Shown here in pieces: positions 13,305-26,191 of a DNA stretch of 64,000 bases. Made by a program: the position numbers and the translations under genes. How positions within the stretch are numbered: the stretch's first letter is position 1; each line of letters begins with the position of its first letter. This DNA is from Felis catus (lineage: Eukaryota). Where the stretch lies: the NCBI RefSeq assembly GCF_018350175.1, contig NC_058368.1:21640001-21704000 (forward strand), in the 5' to 3' direction. The notes beneath the pieces were generated by a model. The model did not search any database, had not been told where the DNA came from, and saw only the letters and a list, made by a program, of their open reading frames with translations.

Positions 13305-14572
13305 CCCAGCACCCAGATTCTGGTCTCGAAAATTCAATCTGTCACTAAAGGGAAGCAGGGCTTCTTTGCATAATCGCTGATCCCAGAGCTGGGGCAAGAA
13401 ATGGACATTTCATCATACTAGAAAGCAAAAGAAGCATTCAAAGACTATGGGTCATGTCCAAAAGATTAGGTTAGGAACCAATGTAAAGAGACTTCCAAAG
13501 TTCAAGGATGGAATAGTTTGAGTCTCTGCAGTGGATTGAAATACATCAAATATGTTAAAATCCTTGAGTTTATAATTATACCAAGGGAAAAAAAACCTCT
13601 CATAGGTCACCTTTACAGGTTGCTAGGGAACCAACTCCTTACTCTGAAAACGGATTTAAAAAGGGAAAGAGCGAGCATTTGTCTTGTCTTTTCTATATGA
13701 ACTGTATCTCAGGATAGCTAAATTGTTGTTGAGGAAAAGTTCTTCTTTTAGAAGCATTCCAGCTAACAGATGAAGGAGGAGTGGGAGAACTAGGGTACCA
13801 TAATTTTATGATCCTTAATAAAATAATAGATCTGTGATGATTGTCAATGGCTATTAAAAATTATCAAGGGAAAAGCTCATGGGGAAATGTTATAAAAATC
13901 TTATTATTTTTTTTATTTTTAAACTTCTTTAAATTATTTTTATTGTTTAATTTTATTTTTATTCCTTTACATTTTAATTTTTACTTTTTTTTTTAAATTT
14001 TAGCTTACGGGGAACTTTTAAAATGAATGGATCAGGCTGTCACTGTCTAAATCCACTAATCAAATCTCAACATCCCCAAAGAGGAGACCACTAGACATCA
14101 TGCACTCATGATGTGATGAGAGAGGAAGTTCACAGGCCATCGGTGAAGTATCCTTGTCAAACAGTGCAACCTGGATTAATCGAGATCTAAATGATACTTT
14201 TTAGGAAATACAGGTCTTAGGGAAATACGTTGGATGATGCCACACAGATGCAATCAGCAAAACGCAGAATGTGGGAAACTCTATGGGGCAAATGACCCAG
14301 TTTCTCCAACAAATACATTATAAGGGGAAAAGAAAAGTCAGGGGAGCCCTTAAATTAAAAGAGACCTAGAAGATACAGTAACCAGCTGCAAGGAGTGGAT
14401 CGTGTTGGGATACTAACTAAAAAAAGAAAAGAAAGAGAGAAAGAAACTGTGAGAAAATTGAGGAACGTTGAACACTGATTGAATATTTGACAATATTAAT
14501 TCATGATGGTCTATTGCACTATTTTCTCCATTTTGTGTGTGCTTGAAATGTTCCATAATATAAAGCTTAAAA
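13305..14572 (+). mobile_element. Old LINE-1 3' region (L1MC4/5-like)
   Basis: Characteristic AAAACGCAGAATGTGGGAAACTCTA..CAAATGACCCAGTTTCTCCAACAAATA and end TTGAAATGTTCCATAATA. Confidence 0.68.
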
Positions 14573-15213
14573 ACAGAGTGTGGGGAGGGAGGGATACTCA
14601 CGTACATAGGAGTCATTAAGAAAGATTTTCTATGATAAATGGGAATAATAATCACTATTTTCTAAGTACAGGGCCAACAGGTAAGTCACTCTTTGCTGTT
14701 TCTTCTTTAGTAACCAATACTGTAATCAGTAACTTACTGTAGACCCTAAAAGACTATTTCAGGGAAGATATGCTGCTCTTCATGAACAAAAGGGCTTAGC
14801 TCCAATGTGATTAGTCCTGCAGGCAGGCTTTTTTCAGCTACCTTAGCAATGACCAGGGCCAGTGCTTGGCTGGACGATGAAACCATGAGAGAGGTATAGA
14901 ATGCTTCTGTATCACCTTCCTACTGCCTCTCTCAGGTCTTCCTGCCTCTTCCATACTCCTTTGCCACAAAGGAGCACGGCTACTTTGTCCAGTTGAGCAG
15001 GTTGTACACTGCACAACTCTAGGGAAATACAGAGCCTGTGTGAATGATACCCCTTTGGACTTAGGCCGCACGGAAACCCTTAGCAGCAGCCTAGTCACTT
15101 CATGTCATCTCGGAGTTTGGGACTCCTTAGCCTTAACCAGGCCTATTTCCTCAGGACCCTACTTTCAGTCTCTGCTAAGGTCAATGAGTAATAATGGTGT
15201 AAATCATATTAGA

Positions 15214-15346
15214 TTTGTTTTTTTTTAATGTAGGCTTCACGCCCAGCACAGAGGCCAAGGTAGGGCTTGAACTCACGACCGTGAGACCAAGACCTAAGCT
15301 GAGATTGAGTCTGACACTTAACTGACTGAGCCACCCAGACACCCCC
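15214..15346 (-). mobile_element. Short Can-SINE remnant
   Basis: GGCTTGAACTCACGACCGTGAGA..CTTAACTGACTGAGCCACCCAG. Confidence 0.82.
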
Positions 15347-15419
15347 ATATGAGCTCTTTAAGTTGGCATTTTTCTAGTATTTCTACCGATATCTTTCTCC
15401 CACCTATAAAATTCCCATA

Positions 15420-15750
15420 TGTGTTAGTCAAGATAGGCTGAAAGCTCCCAGACCTTAGTAGTTGAACAAAATGGGTTTTGTTTCTTGCCTCCATCATAGT
15501 CCAGTATGAGGGTAGGGGAGAAAGGGATCTGCCTCTTCCTCTTTCAGGCTCCATCATCAGCCATCACCTCCTTCCCTGAGTCTACTGCAAGAGAAGAAAG
15601 TGTGACAAGGCATCTCCATCCAAATGGCCTCTGACCGGAGGTGACACCTATCCCTTTGACTCACAATCCATCAGCAAGAACATGTGGAGGGACAGAGTGC
15701 CAAGGAAGGTGGTGCTGATGTGTCAGAATAACCAGCTAGTCTCCGCTACA
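15420..15750. mobile_element. MaLR LTR remnant (MLT1-like)
   Basis: Begins TGTGTTAGTCAAGATAGGCT; contains CCGGAGGTGACAC..CTCACAATCCATCAGCAAGAAC. Confidence 0.5.
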
Positions 15751-16004
15751 CCATGGGCGGTGGCCGTGCCTTATTCCAGTTAAATTAACCAGCCTCCACT
15801 GCAGGATGCTGACACTGACAGGAGGAGTTCCTGGCCCCCCAGAGAGGTGAGGGAGAGGGAGATTTCTGCTGGGACACCCTTCTGGTGCTTTTATAACTCT
15901 GCGGCTATGCTTCTTCCTCCACCTGCTAGTGGTAATAGCTCTTTCAGAACAGGAAAACTTGGACAGGGAGGTATTTGGTTCTATTCCTTTCCCTAGCTAG
16001 AGGC

Positions 16005-16271
16005 TCAGAGGTTTTTAATTTGAGGAAGGAGGTCCATGATACACTTCAACAGATTGGTGATTCCCTGAAAACCATATGTAAAATTTGTGTCAATGTACGA
16101 TTTTCTGAGAAAAGTGTCCATGGTTTGGCACATTTAATGAATATTCTTCCCAAAAACTCACAAAGGAAAAAAATTAAAAAATATATACAAAAATTAAAAC
16201 GCACAAAGAGGTCTGCATTACTTAGTGTTCTCCAGAGAAACAGAACCAATAGGATGTATGTGTATGTCTGT

Positions 16272-16313
<42 letters not shown>

Positions 16314-16700
16314 GGAGAGAGAGAGAGAGCACGATTACAGAATTGGCTCACATAGGCCCGGAATCTGGCTGCCTGGAGACCCAGGAAGAGCCAATGCTGA
16401 AATTCAAGTCCAAGGGTTGTTTAGCTGGAAAATTCCCTCTTGCTTAGGGGAGGTCAGTCTTTTGTTCTGTTCAGGCCTTCAACTGATTGGATGAGGCTCA
16501 CACACATTATGGAGGGCAATCTGTTTTACTCAAAGTCCACCTATTTAAATGTTAATCTCATTCAAAAGCACCCTCCCAGAAACATCCAGAATAACGTTTG
16601 AGCACCTATCTGGGCACCATGACCCAGCCAGTTTGATGAATAAAATTAACCATCACAGGAGTCTTGACCCCTCCCCCCCCCCCAAAAGAGGTAGAGACTA
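16005..16700. mobile_element. hAT-Charlie MITE (MER103-like) interrupted by an MLT2 LTR
   Basis: CAGAGGTTTTTAA..GGTCCATG..ATTTTCTGAGAAAAGTGTCCATGG..CAAAGAGGTC, resuming TTGACCC..AAAAGAGGT after the LTR. Confidence 0.5.
16214..16657 (-). mobile_element. MLT2 (ERV-L) solo LTR containing a (CA)n(GA)n microsatellite
   Basis: GTTCTCCAGAGAAACAGAACCAATAGGA...AGGCCTTCAACTGATTGGATGAGG...AAAATTAACCATCACA; TG...CA ends. Confidence 0.88.
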
Positions 16701-18439
16701 GTAACTATATTCTAGTATATTCTAAGAAACTTCCACCATCCTCCTTCCTTCTCTATAGTCAAGCTTCCATGATCACCCAGTTTCTGTGCCTGGCCCTAGA
16801 ATAGCTTACTTATTTTGGTGACATGTAGAAAATCTGCCTAACAACTCCCTTCTAGCAACTTCCATCTATTCCACACTGAAAGAATTGGGGCAGGAATTCC
16901 CAGTCCAGTTTTAGTAAATGTTAAACAATGTTAAAGAAAGCATTAGTTTTCTCCTGGAAAAAAAAGGAAAGTTTTGACAAAATCTCCGGAAATGTTGCTT
17001 AATGCAAATATTTTGGCCTTCCCACCTGGGTATGCCAATGATAGTATGTGATTGCCTAAGGTGTGTCTCTTTAATGTTTCTATCTTCCATCCTTGCCTCT
17101 AGTTGTTTGTCTTGAATAAACCCTCCAGCCAAATGAAGTCCTTGAAATCGCAGATTATACTTTATCCCTTTGCCATTCTCTACAGTGTTGAAAACGCTGC
17201 TGGTGCAGGCAGGAACGCTGATTAACTGGTGGCGTTGTCACATTCTGTTTTGTTCGACTCCGCTAATATTAAGCCACCAGCTAGCCCTCATATTAAAAAT
17301 AGCCCAGATTTATCTTTCAAGGTTGTCACCTAGCTTTGACGTCTCTACCTTGCTTTTCCAGACAGAGCTTCACATAAAGAAAACTGAGGTGCAGGGCTGG
17401 GGCAAGAAACGTCTTCCTTTGTGGCTGTTTCTTCGCATAGGTAAAGTCTGGTGGTTTAATGCAGGTATTCTCTCCCATCCTCCTTACCCTAACTTCATTT
17501 TCATCTGAAAGAGTGCAATGAGGAAAGGGCGCTTAGTGCCCGGTGGATTGGTGTGTATTCTCCGGTGCGCCTACTTGTCCTAGAGTGCACAGTGGCTAAG
17601 ACTTCCCTTCCTTGCCCTGAGAAAGAAAGGATGCTCTGTTCTATAAAGTCCTGAGGGGCCTCGATGGGTCAACACTGCTCTATTAATACAGAATGGGATG
17701 ACTCACCAGCTGTTGTTTCACTGCTTTCAGCAGACACATTGAAACATTTGCAAAATAGCAAAGGCTTCTGGATGGGAGGGGCCGTGGCTCACAATCCAGA
17801 CCACCCAGCAGGCACCTCAGGTAATGGGCTTGCACCTGACCCAGGTAGAAATTCAACAACACGTCAAGGGGTTGGCATGATCAGTCTGTGCCATTTGGGA
17901 AACCACAACACCCTCTTTTTCCTTCCCTATCACTTCCTTTTCCTCATTATTTTCCCCCTCCTCTTGTACAACCATAGATCTCTCTAAAAACCTATTCAGA
18001 AGGAGCTGTTAGATTAAATAAAGTAAAAACAAATCCAGTTAAAAGATAGCAAACGTTGCCTTGATATAAAATTTGCCTTATAGAGCGCACAGCATGACCT
18101 ACTTATGTGTTTGATTTTCATAGGCTCATAGAACATTGTCCACGAAGGTGGGAGCAGCACCCTCCTCAAGTTTTAAGCGCATACAAACCACTGGGGACCC
18201 TGGCGGAGGCGGGGATCCTGGGGAAGGGCCCAAGAATCTGCATTTTGGAAAAGCAGTAAGGGGATGGGCCACTCTCTGAGCAGCAAGTGTCTAGATTCAA
18301 TGTTGTTCAACCATTTCCATTTCAAAACATATTTGTAAATTTGCCCAAGTTATATAGAAAATACAGTCTGAACAGATGATCAAAGTGGCAAAATTGTTCT
18401 CCTGAAAACCGCATTCCTTAATAAAAACTTTGTTACAGA

Positions 18440-18660
18440 GGGGCGCCTGGGTGGCGCAGTCGGTTAAGCGTCCGACTTCAGCCAGGTCACGATCTCGCGG
18501 TCCGTGTGTTCGAGTCCCGCGTCAGGCTCTGGGCTGATGGCTCAGAGCCTGGAGCCTGTTTCCGATTCTGTGTCTCCCTCTCTCTCTGCCCCTCCCCCGT
18601 TCATGCTCTGTCTCTCTCTGTCCCCAAAATAAATAAACGTTGAAAAAAAAATTAAAAAAA
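18440..18660 (+). mobile_element. Young Can-SINE (SINEC_Fc-like)
   Basis: Perfect 17-bp TSD AAAAACTTTGTTACAGA (18423-18439, 18661-18677); CpG-intact. Confidence 0.95.
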
Positions 18661-18929
18661 AAAAACTTTGTTACAGAAAAGATGTGAGAATAGAGCATTG
18701 TACAGTATCCGTTTAAAAAAATGATTCTCCTCTCCTTCCTACTGACATATGGTCCAACCTTGATCACTACTTTTGCTGATTTTCTACAGGACACCTACTC
18801 TCTATTTGGATCCAGTGTACTAACCTATAATTACCTCTCCTATGAAATGTGTTAACTGGGAGTGAAGTTTCTAGATGGCACCTTGGCCCTGTGGCAGGGA
18901 GGGTCTGAATTGGGCCCTGCCGATTAGGA

Positions 18930-19155
18930 ACTGAGAGACCTTGGACAAGTTGCTTAACCTCTCTCATCCTTAGTTTCTGCACCTAAAAGAGTGGGGTGGA
19001 GGAGGCCCCCCCCCCAATTTTTTTTAATTTTTAAGTGGGAAAATAGGACTATGTACCTTACAGGATTATTGTAAGCTTTAAACAAGATAATGTATGCAAA
19101 TTACTTGCTACATTCATAAAGTAACATACATAAGCCATGTGAAGTGCTCCATAAA
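18930..19155 (+). mobile_element. MIR
   Basis: GACCTTGGACAAGTTGCTTAACCTCTCT..CTTAGTTTC core. Confidence 0.7.
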
Positions 19156-19844
19156 CCAAGCTTCAAAACAAACAAAACCCTGAAATTTACATTCAGAATT
19201 GCTAAAATGTTTTCCAGTAAACCATTTTGAAAGGAAATCTTTCCAAAACATTTCTCACCCCCACCTTGTGTAATGGTGTGTACCTAATCCAGTTTAGGTC
19301 TTTCCTCATGACTCAGGGTCCTTGTTTTGAACATGAGTGACTGCACTGTCCTGGAACACAAGATGACCTCAGTCAGGGGGATGATGATCTCTGGGGTTTC
19401 TAATATCCATCCCCCCGCCCCACCCCCCCCGAGCACTCCCACAGCCTCTGTGCACACTTCCATAATAGCACTTACCACACAGAGGCAAAAATATCTGTTT
19501 ACCTCCTTTCCCAGGGCAGGGGCCAGGTCCTGAGTAAGTGTTTGCTGTTGAATAAAGATCTCCTCAGGCCCCACTTAAAGGGTTGGGTGTCAGGAACTCA
19601 GAAGCAAGGCTTGAGTTCCTTCATTCAGACACTTTAAAATGCCTCTGTATCCTCAGCCAAGGGCTAAAAGCTCGGCTCTATTTTATCTCTTAGAGATAGC
19701 CAAGGACAGAAATTGCGTTCCTCCTTAGAACCATGCAATGGTTTTCAATTACTACTGGGGCAAGAGGTTATTTACCCTTCTGGTCAATTGTAGCCCATTC
19801 CTTCTTCTTTGGTGCTCTGTTCTGCTTTCATTGGCAGCAAGTAC

Positions 19845-20000
19845 ATGGGAGCCAGACAGCCCTGAGTTCAAACTCTGATCTACAATTTGATAGCTGTTTT
19901 AATTTGGCTGAGGCACTTCAATTCTCTGCTCAGTTTCCAAATCTGTAAAATGGGGTAATAACACTCAGCATGCAGATTTGCTATGGGTATGGAAATGACA
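19845..20000 (+). mobile_element. MIR
   Basis: CTGAGTTCAAACTCTG..CTCAGTTTCC..ATCTGTAAAATGGGGTAATAA. Confidence 0.7.
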
Positions 20001-20224
20001 GCAGAGGTATTTCAAGATGTCCTCTTAGGGAAGAGTTTTGATAACGTGTGCTTTGATAATTGCACTGGGGTTAGGGGCAGGGGTGGGACTCTAAGAAGCT
20101 TCTCTGAGCAGTATTAGATGGCCGTGAACCTGACTTGCAGAGAGCATGACCTATTAACAATCAGGCAGCTTTCTTTGCAGAGCACAGAAGTGAGCAGATA
20201 CCAAGCTGCTCTGTATGACTGAGA

Positions 20225-20725
20225 CTGGTGGTTACTTCTCAACAACCATTCTCTCCCCATACTTCACCCTTGTGTCCAGAACCCACTTTCCAAATCTATA
20301 GAATAAAGAATATTAGCTTTTATTATTAAGGTACAAGTTTGTAACTCAATCCTGGTGGATGAATTTAAAGGCAAATCTTCTGAAATATTTCTGGGAAACG
20401 TTTTCATTTCTGATGTTGGGGGGGGGAGGCAGTTGGGTGGGCAGGGAATGAGGAGAAATGCTCCTCTTTTTATCTTTACTTATAATTGTCTGCAGATAAT
20501 ATTCCTGGAGCTATGGCAGCCATCATGTGACCATGAGGGACAACTCTGACAATGAAAAACCTACAGGCTATGGATGGCAAAGAGGAAAGGCAGAAAGAAA
20601 GTGCCTGAGTTGGGTGCTTGATGACATTGTGCCTCTGAATTAACCAAGCCTGAAAATGATACCTCCAGACATAATAATAAACACTATCGTTTAAGCGATA
20701 TTTAGTTATATATTCTGTTACCTGT
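20225..20725. mobile_element. Ancient ERV-L LTR (LTR16/LTR33-like)
   Basis: CCTGGAGCTATGGCAGCCATCATGTGACCATGAGG..CTTGATGACATTG..CCTCCAGAC..AATAAA..TTTAAGC..TTCTGTTAC. Confidence 0.6.
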
Positions 20726-21384
20726 TTCCTTATTGTATAGTCAGCATAAAATTAGGGAGGCTAAACCTTGGAGGTGGGAGGAGGAGGAGGCTTGATGATA
20801 GCACAGCAAAAGAGGACATTAGACAAAAGCCACTTCTGTTGAGGATTTTAACTTTTATTGGATGGGCAGCGTAAGCCTCTGCTCCACTCTGGGAAGCTCC
20901 AGTAAATTCCACAGTGCTTACAAATACTTTGGGGGCTAGTGGATCGTTCTAGGGGATTTGAACAAAGGTTGAGATCTACATCAAGAATGATGCCTGATGA
21001 AAGCAGAGACAGACCTGGGAGTAGCAGTACTTCTACGTTATGTAAAGGTTAGAGATCGTATCTGTCAGGCATCTACAATGGTGCTTAGAATGTAGGACAC
21101 ATGCAATAAATGATAAATGCTATTATTATTTTACATCACCAGTATTATTATCTCAGCTCCTGATTGGTAGCCAGCAAGGAGGTAGAAATTAGATGCTTAT
21201 GGGTAAGCCTGTACTTGGGGGCAGACCCAGCAGTAGGCTTTGAGGAGAAGTTCTGTGATGAAGGCTGTAGGAAGACAGCATGGGACCAAGCATCACTTGG
21301 CTGCAGGCCTGGAAGGTGGGCAGTTGGCACCAGGGGCATCTAGCAGAGCTATGATGATCCTGCAGATGGAGCAAATGGCTGGAC

Positions 21385-21540
21385 CAGGGTCCAGGAGAGG
21401 GAAATGGGAATTTGTTCCATGGGCATAGAGTTTCAGTTATGCAAGATGAAGACGTTCAGGAGCTCTGTTGTACAGCAATGTGCATATAACACTACTGTGC
21501 TATCGACTTAAAAATGGCTAAGATGGTAATTTTATCTTTT
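21385..21540 (+). mobile_element. LINE-1 3'-end fragment (L1MA/MB-like)
   Basis: GGGGAAATGGGAA..AGAGTTTCAGTTATGCAAGATGAA..CTTAAAAATGGCTAAGATGGTAATTTT. Confidence 0.7.
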
Positions 21541-22792
21541 TTGTTTCTTATTACGAATTACTAGGACTAAGGCCTGCAATCATAACAGGCTCAACAGGAG
21601 CCTGACTTGTTTGGGTGGGCCTTCCTGAATTTTCCCTGATGAGAAAAGGGTAGGTCCCAGATCCAGATTGAGACTGGTTCTCCACCTTCCATGTATAAGT
21701 CGAGTTTTAAACATACTGTGTATAGGTGTGTGTGTGTGTCTCGAGAGTCGTATACATCCTGTGTGTGTGCGTACACATCTACACATAAAATCTCCTCTTT
21801 CTGTTTATGTGTGTACGTGTATCTCCTTATCTTACTTACCCTCTCATAAAGTGCCTTGAGTGCCAACCTAATTTACCCTGACAGCTATGGGGAGCCCCCA
21901 AAACCAGGGTCTTGCTTTGATCAGTGAGGTGTGACAGGATGGGCCGTTGTGTATGTTTCCGCCTGCTTCCTTGCTCTTTTCCATTCTGCCATAGGAATGG
22001 AGTGTTTCCAATAGGAGCTACCCCTGCAGCCTTGGTCCCAGAATGTGGAAACGCATGGGGAGCAGAAGCAGAGCCTTCACTGATGTGGTGGTGAACATGT
22101 AATGGCAGAGTGAAGGACATTGGTTGTTACGAGCCAACTCAAGGAGTCATGTGTCACTGTGGTAAAACTGACTAATAAATCTGGGCAATCGCCCATTGCC
22201 AATGCACAGAATCAGGGGCAATCATAAGTCATTGCTGTTTTAAGCTACTACATTTTAGAGTCTTTGTAAGATAATAGTAGATAGCTGGGGCATCCCGTAA
22301 GGAAAGAATGCCAACCTGAACCAAGGCAAGGTCAGATGAGAGGAGAAGATGAACTGAGAAGTATTAAAGAGGTGGTTTAGAACTCTTTCAGTCACTAATG
22401 GTAGAACTTAACCAAAAAGTGGAATTTATTGGGTTAAGGTACTGAAAAGGATTCAGAACTAAAATGATGTCACAGGGTTCAGTTTCTCTATATCTCTTGG
22501 CTCTACCTTCCCTTAGTTGAGTGATTCCCTGGACTCTGCACAGAGGATTCCAGTGACCTTGGGTATAGTACCTCTCGGTTTATGTCTTCCCTATTTCAAG
22601 TCCGGTAGAAAAATCTTCTTTCCTGATCATGCTACAAAAGTTTTGAGATCCACTTTGAATAGACTGGCTGGGGTCATAGGTCCACCCCCAAGAAAATCCC
22701 TTTGGATGAGTGGAAATGGTGGGGGCTAGAGAAGAGAGTATATTGGTTATGGCTCCTTCTGTTAAAACTCAGGTTTTAATTAAAAAAAAAAA

Positions 22793-22973
22793 TTTTTTTT
22801 TAGAGACAGAGAATGAGTGAGGGAGAGGGGCCAAGGGAGAGAAAGAGAATCTTAAACAGGCTCCACACTCAGCACAGAGCCAGATGTGGGACTCAATCCC
22901 ATGACCCTGGGATCATGACCTGAGCTGAAATCAAAGAGTCAGATGCTTAACCGACTGAGTCACCCAGGCGCCC
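22793..22973 (-). mobile_element. Can-SINE (older)
   Basis: Body ending GAGTCACCCAGGCGCCC. Confidence 0.88.
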
Positions 22974-23384
22974 TTCAAACAGTTTTTTAAGAGGGGAATT
23001 TATTCATTCATATAACTAAAAAGAGAGATAGAAAAATTCATGGACTGTTTCAACTTTAGGTGCAGTTTAATTTAGAGCTAAAAGAACATCACCAGAATTC
23101 ACCTCTTGACTTTTCAAAATTACCACCAGTCGAGACACTTGTTACTGGGGATTTTGAAAGCCAAGGAAAGGTGGGTTTGATGATCACAGGTTTCAATGGG
23201 TTTGAGGATAACAGGTTCCAATCAAATATATGGGGTTCTTCCTTTTAATCACTTTCTGCAAACCAACACAGCTATGATCTTGGTCTTGGTGTATGGTCAT
23301 AGGTTAACGTGTAGTGAAGAGTTGGTGTTTAAGTTCATCATTGTTCCAACTGTCTGCAGAGACAAGATTGTAAAACGAATTCAG

Positions 23385-23595
23385 ATTGCTTGAGTTTGGA
23401 TCCTGACTCCCACACTGATTAGCTGTGTAACCTTGGGCAAGTCATTTAACCACTCAGTGTCTCAGTTCACTCATCTGTGAAATGGGAAATGGCATTATCT
23501 ACATACCTTAAAGGGTTGTTATTAATAACACACGCAAATCACTTATAAGAGTGTTTAGAGCATGCTAAGTGCTTGATAAATGTTCATTATTATTC
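23385..23595 (+). mobile_element. MIR
   Basis: AGCTGTGTAACCTTGGGCAAGTCATTTAACCACTCAGTGTCTCAGTT..CATCTGTGAAATGGG. Confidence 0.82.
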
Positions 23596-24367
23596 TCATT
23601 TCTACTGTAAACAAATGACCACTAATGTAGACTTTTTTTCAGAATTATGACCATTTTAGATGGCAGGTGTTGGCCTGGTTTAGATTTATCTCTTGGCAGT
23701 GAGTGACTGGAACTGTACCTGCTCATATTATGCGTCAGAAAACATCCTGACAGAATTTTGCTGTGTATTTACACTGGCCCCAGCCATGGTCCCATCAATT
23801 ACTGGACTGTAGATACCTTCCAAGAGAGATACCTCCCCTTTATTTGTACCTCTTTGGTATGAAAGGAAACCTTTCAAACCTAAGTAAAGTTCAATTAAAG
23901 GCCTAAAAGGGGACAAAATAAAGGTTTTTGAAAACTACTATACATTTTTCAATCCAGCGCTGAATAGTAAGGGCAGAATATTGTCCTCTATCTTTTTACC
24001 ATCTTATTACATAATCTTGATTTTTTTTTTGAGAAGCTTAGAAAATGGAAATTTCAAAGTAAGTGTGATAGTCGCAATTCATAGGTTACTGAGCTTCTCC
24101 TGGCTATTTTTGTTTGGGTTGTTTTGTGTAGTTGCAGTTGATAGAACAATTGTTCTTGAGTCTGGAATTATCTTGGCTCTGGCTGCCTGCATTCCTAACT
24201 GCAATGTGTCCCTCTGTGAGAGTAGCAGGGATTAAGCTCTGTGGGCACATTATCCACAGCTTTCTCTCTCTGTTTTGGATGTTGTTACATAAGGCTTCAT
24301 ATTGACCTGAAAGGGGGAGGGGAGAGTGGATAGGGCTGGGGAGACACTTAGATGACTTGAACTACTT

Positions 24368-24407
24368 CTTTAAATATATATTCAAGTTTATTTATTTTGA
24401 GACAGAC

Positions 24408-24443
<36 letters not shown>

Positions 24444-24608
24444 CACGAGTGGGGTAGGGGCAGAGAGAGAGGGAGAGAGAATTCCAAGCACGCTCTGCAC
24501 TATCAGTGCAGAACCCGATGCAGAGCTCTACCCATGAACCGCGAGATCGTGACCTGAGCTGAGATCAAGAGTCAGACACTTAACGGACTGAGCCACCCAG
24601 GCGCCCCC
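24368..24608 (-). mobile_element. Can-SINE
   Basis: (GA)n tract and full body. Confidence 0.9.
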
Positions 24609-25291
24609 AATAACTTGGAATACTCTCAAAAGTGTTGGGATGTGTAACTTCCATGGGTTTTATCTCTAGGCTAAAGAGTGGTGGGGAGGGGTATGTGAAT
24701 TTCACCTGATTGTTCTCCAAGTCAGCTTTAGTTAGCCAATAGATTTCTTGTACAAATACAAACATTTGCTGGACATATTCTTGAATCAAATTTCAGGGAT
24801 GGCTTGGGAATCAGAAACCTCCTGGGTCATACTTAATAGATCTAAATAGCTACCTGAGTCTAAGGTTTCTCCAGGGAAATTCAAGTTGTTTTTTGCCTAC
24901 AGAAGTTTGATGTCCTAGATGAAGAAATAAAATAATGTTAAGTGTCCTGTGATGCTCTGAATTTTAATTCAATTTAATATTTTTGGGTAGCCAGCAAGAT
25001 TTATTGAGTACTCAGAGCATGAAGAAAATATTGATGTCTAATTTGAGTCTCAAAAGCTTTCATTTTGGATCCCTAAATTAATTGTAATAATTATAATAAT
25101 TATAATAGTTCATTAATTATAATAGTTTTATTAAGCAATTAAAATGTGCTGGGCATTGTACTGCTTACTTTAATGGTGTAGGTATTTGTATCTCTGCTTT
25201 ATAATTTAACTAACTGAAACTTTGAAAGTTTAAGAAACTCTCCTGTGGTTACAAGTCTGGTGAAATATGGGAATCTGTTGTTAATCTATGT

Positions 25292-25486
25292 TCTTTTTGG
25301 TGGGGGGGGGGGGAGTGGGAAGAGAGAGTAAGCAGTGGAGCAGGGCAGAGAGAGAGATGGAAAGAAAGAAACAGAGAGAATCCCAAGCAGGCTCCATGCT
25401 CAGCACAGAGCCACAACCCTGGGATCAAGACTTGAGCCAAATTAAGAGTCAGATGCTCAACCAACTGAGCCACCTAAATCTGCCCC
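25292..25486 (-). mobile_element. Can-SINE (older, degenerate)
   Basis: GAGAATCCCAAGCAGGCTCCATGCTCAGC..CAACTGAGCCACC. Confidence 0.82.
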
Positions 25487-25508
25487 TAAATCTGTGTTCT
25501 TTCTAAGG

Positions 25509-25920
25509 CAGTGCTGTCCCATAGAACTTTCTGTGATGATGTTCTATATCTCTGTGGTCCAATGTGACAGCCACATTGTGGCTATTGAGTGTTTGAAGTG
25601 AGACTAGTGTAACTGAGGAAATCAATTTTTTATTTTATTCAATTTTAATTAAAACTAAACTTTATTTATTTATTTTAAAGGTTTATTTATTTGTTTTGAG
25701 AGAATGTGTGTGCAAGCAGAGGAGGGGCAGAGAGAGTGAGGGAGACAGAGAATCCCAAGCAGGCTCTCCTCAGCACGGAGCCTGATGCAGGGCTCATTCC
25801 CATGACCGCAAGATCACCACCTGAGCTGATATCAAGAGCTGACCACTTAATCTACTGAGCTACCCAGGTATGCCTAAAATTAAACTTTAGTAGCCACATA
25901 TAGTGGCTGCACCAGACATC
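25509..25920. mobile_element. MER3-like hAT-Charlie MITE split by a Can-SINE (25661-25874, minus)
   Basis: CAGTGCTGTCCCATAGAACTTTCTGTGATGATG..GTGGCTATTGAG..ACTGAGGAA; resumes TAGCCACATA..GTGGCT after the SINE. Confidence 0.75.
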
Positions 25921-26191
25921 ACATTGTCTGGTCTATGAACACTTGAACTACTGTGATCTCATGTGTAGTCCATTTAGATATCAAAGACATCAAATGTAAA
26001 GATGTAGTTGGAGAAAAAAAAATGTCATGAAAATCAAAGTCATTTATTATTATTATTTAAAAATTTTTTATTTGGGTACAGTTGACCAAAGCAAAGTCAC
26101 TTAAATTGCAGAATTCAAAGGGATGTGGACCTCAAAGTTAAATGACTCATAAAATTTAGGTAGGAAAAACTTCTTTTGGAAAATTTCTATT

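Noticed and set aside
17221..17240. CTCF-like GGTGGCG core
   Set aside because: The 5' half of the motif mismatches; too weak to call.
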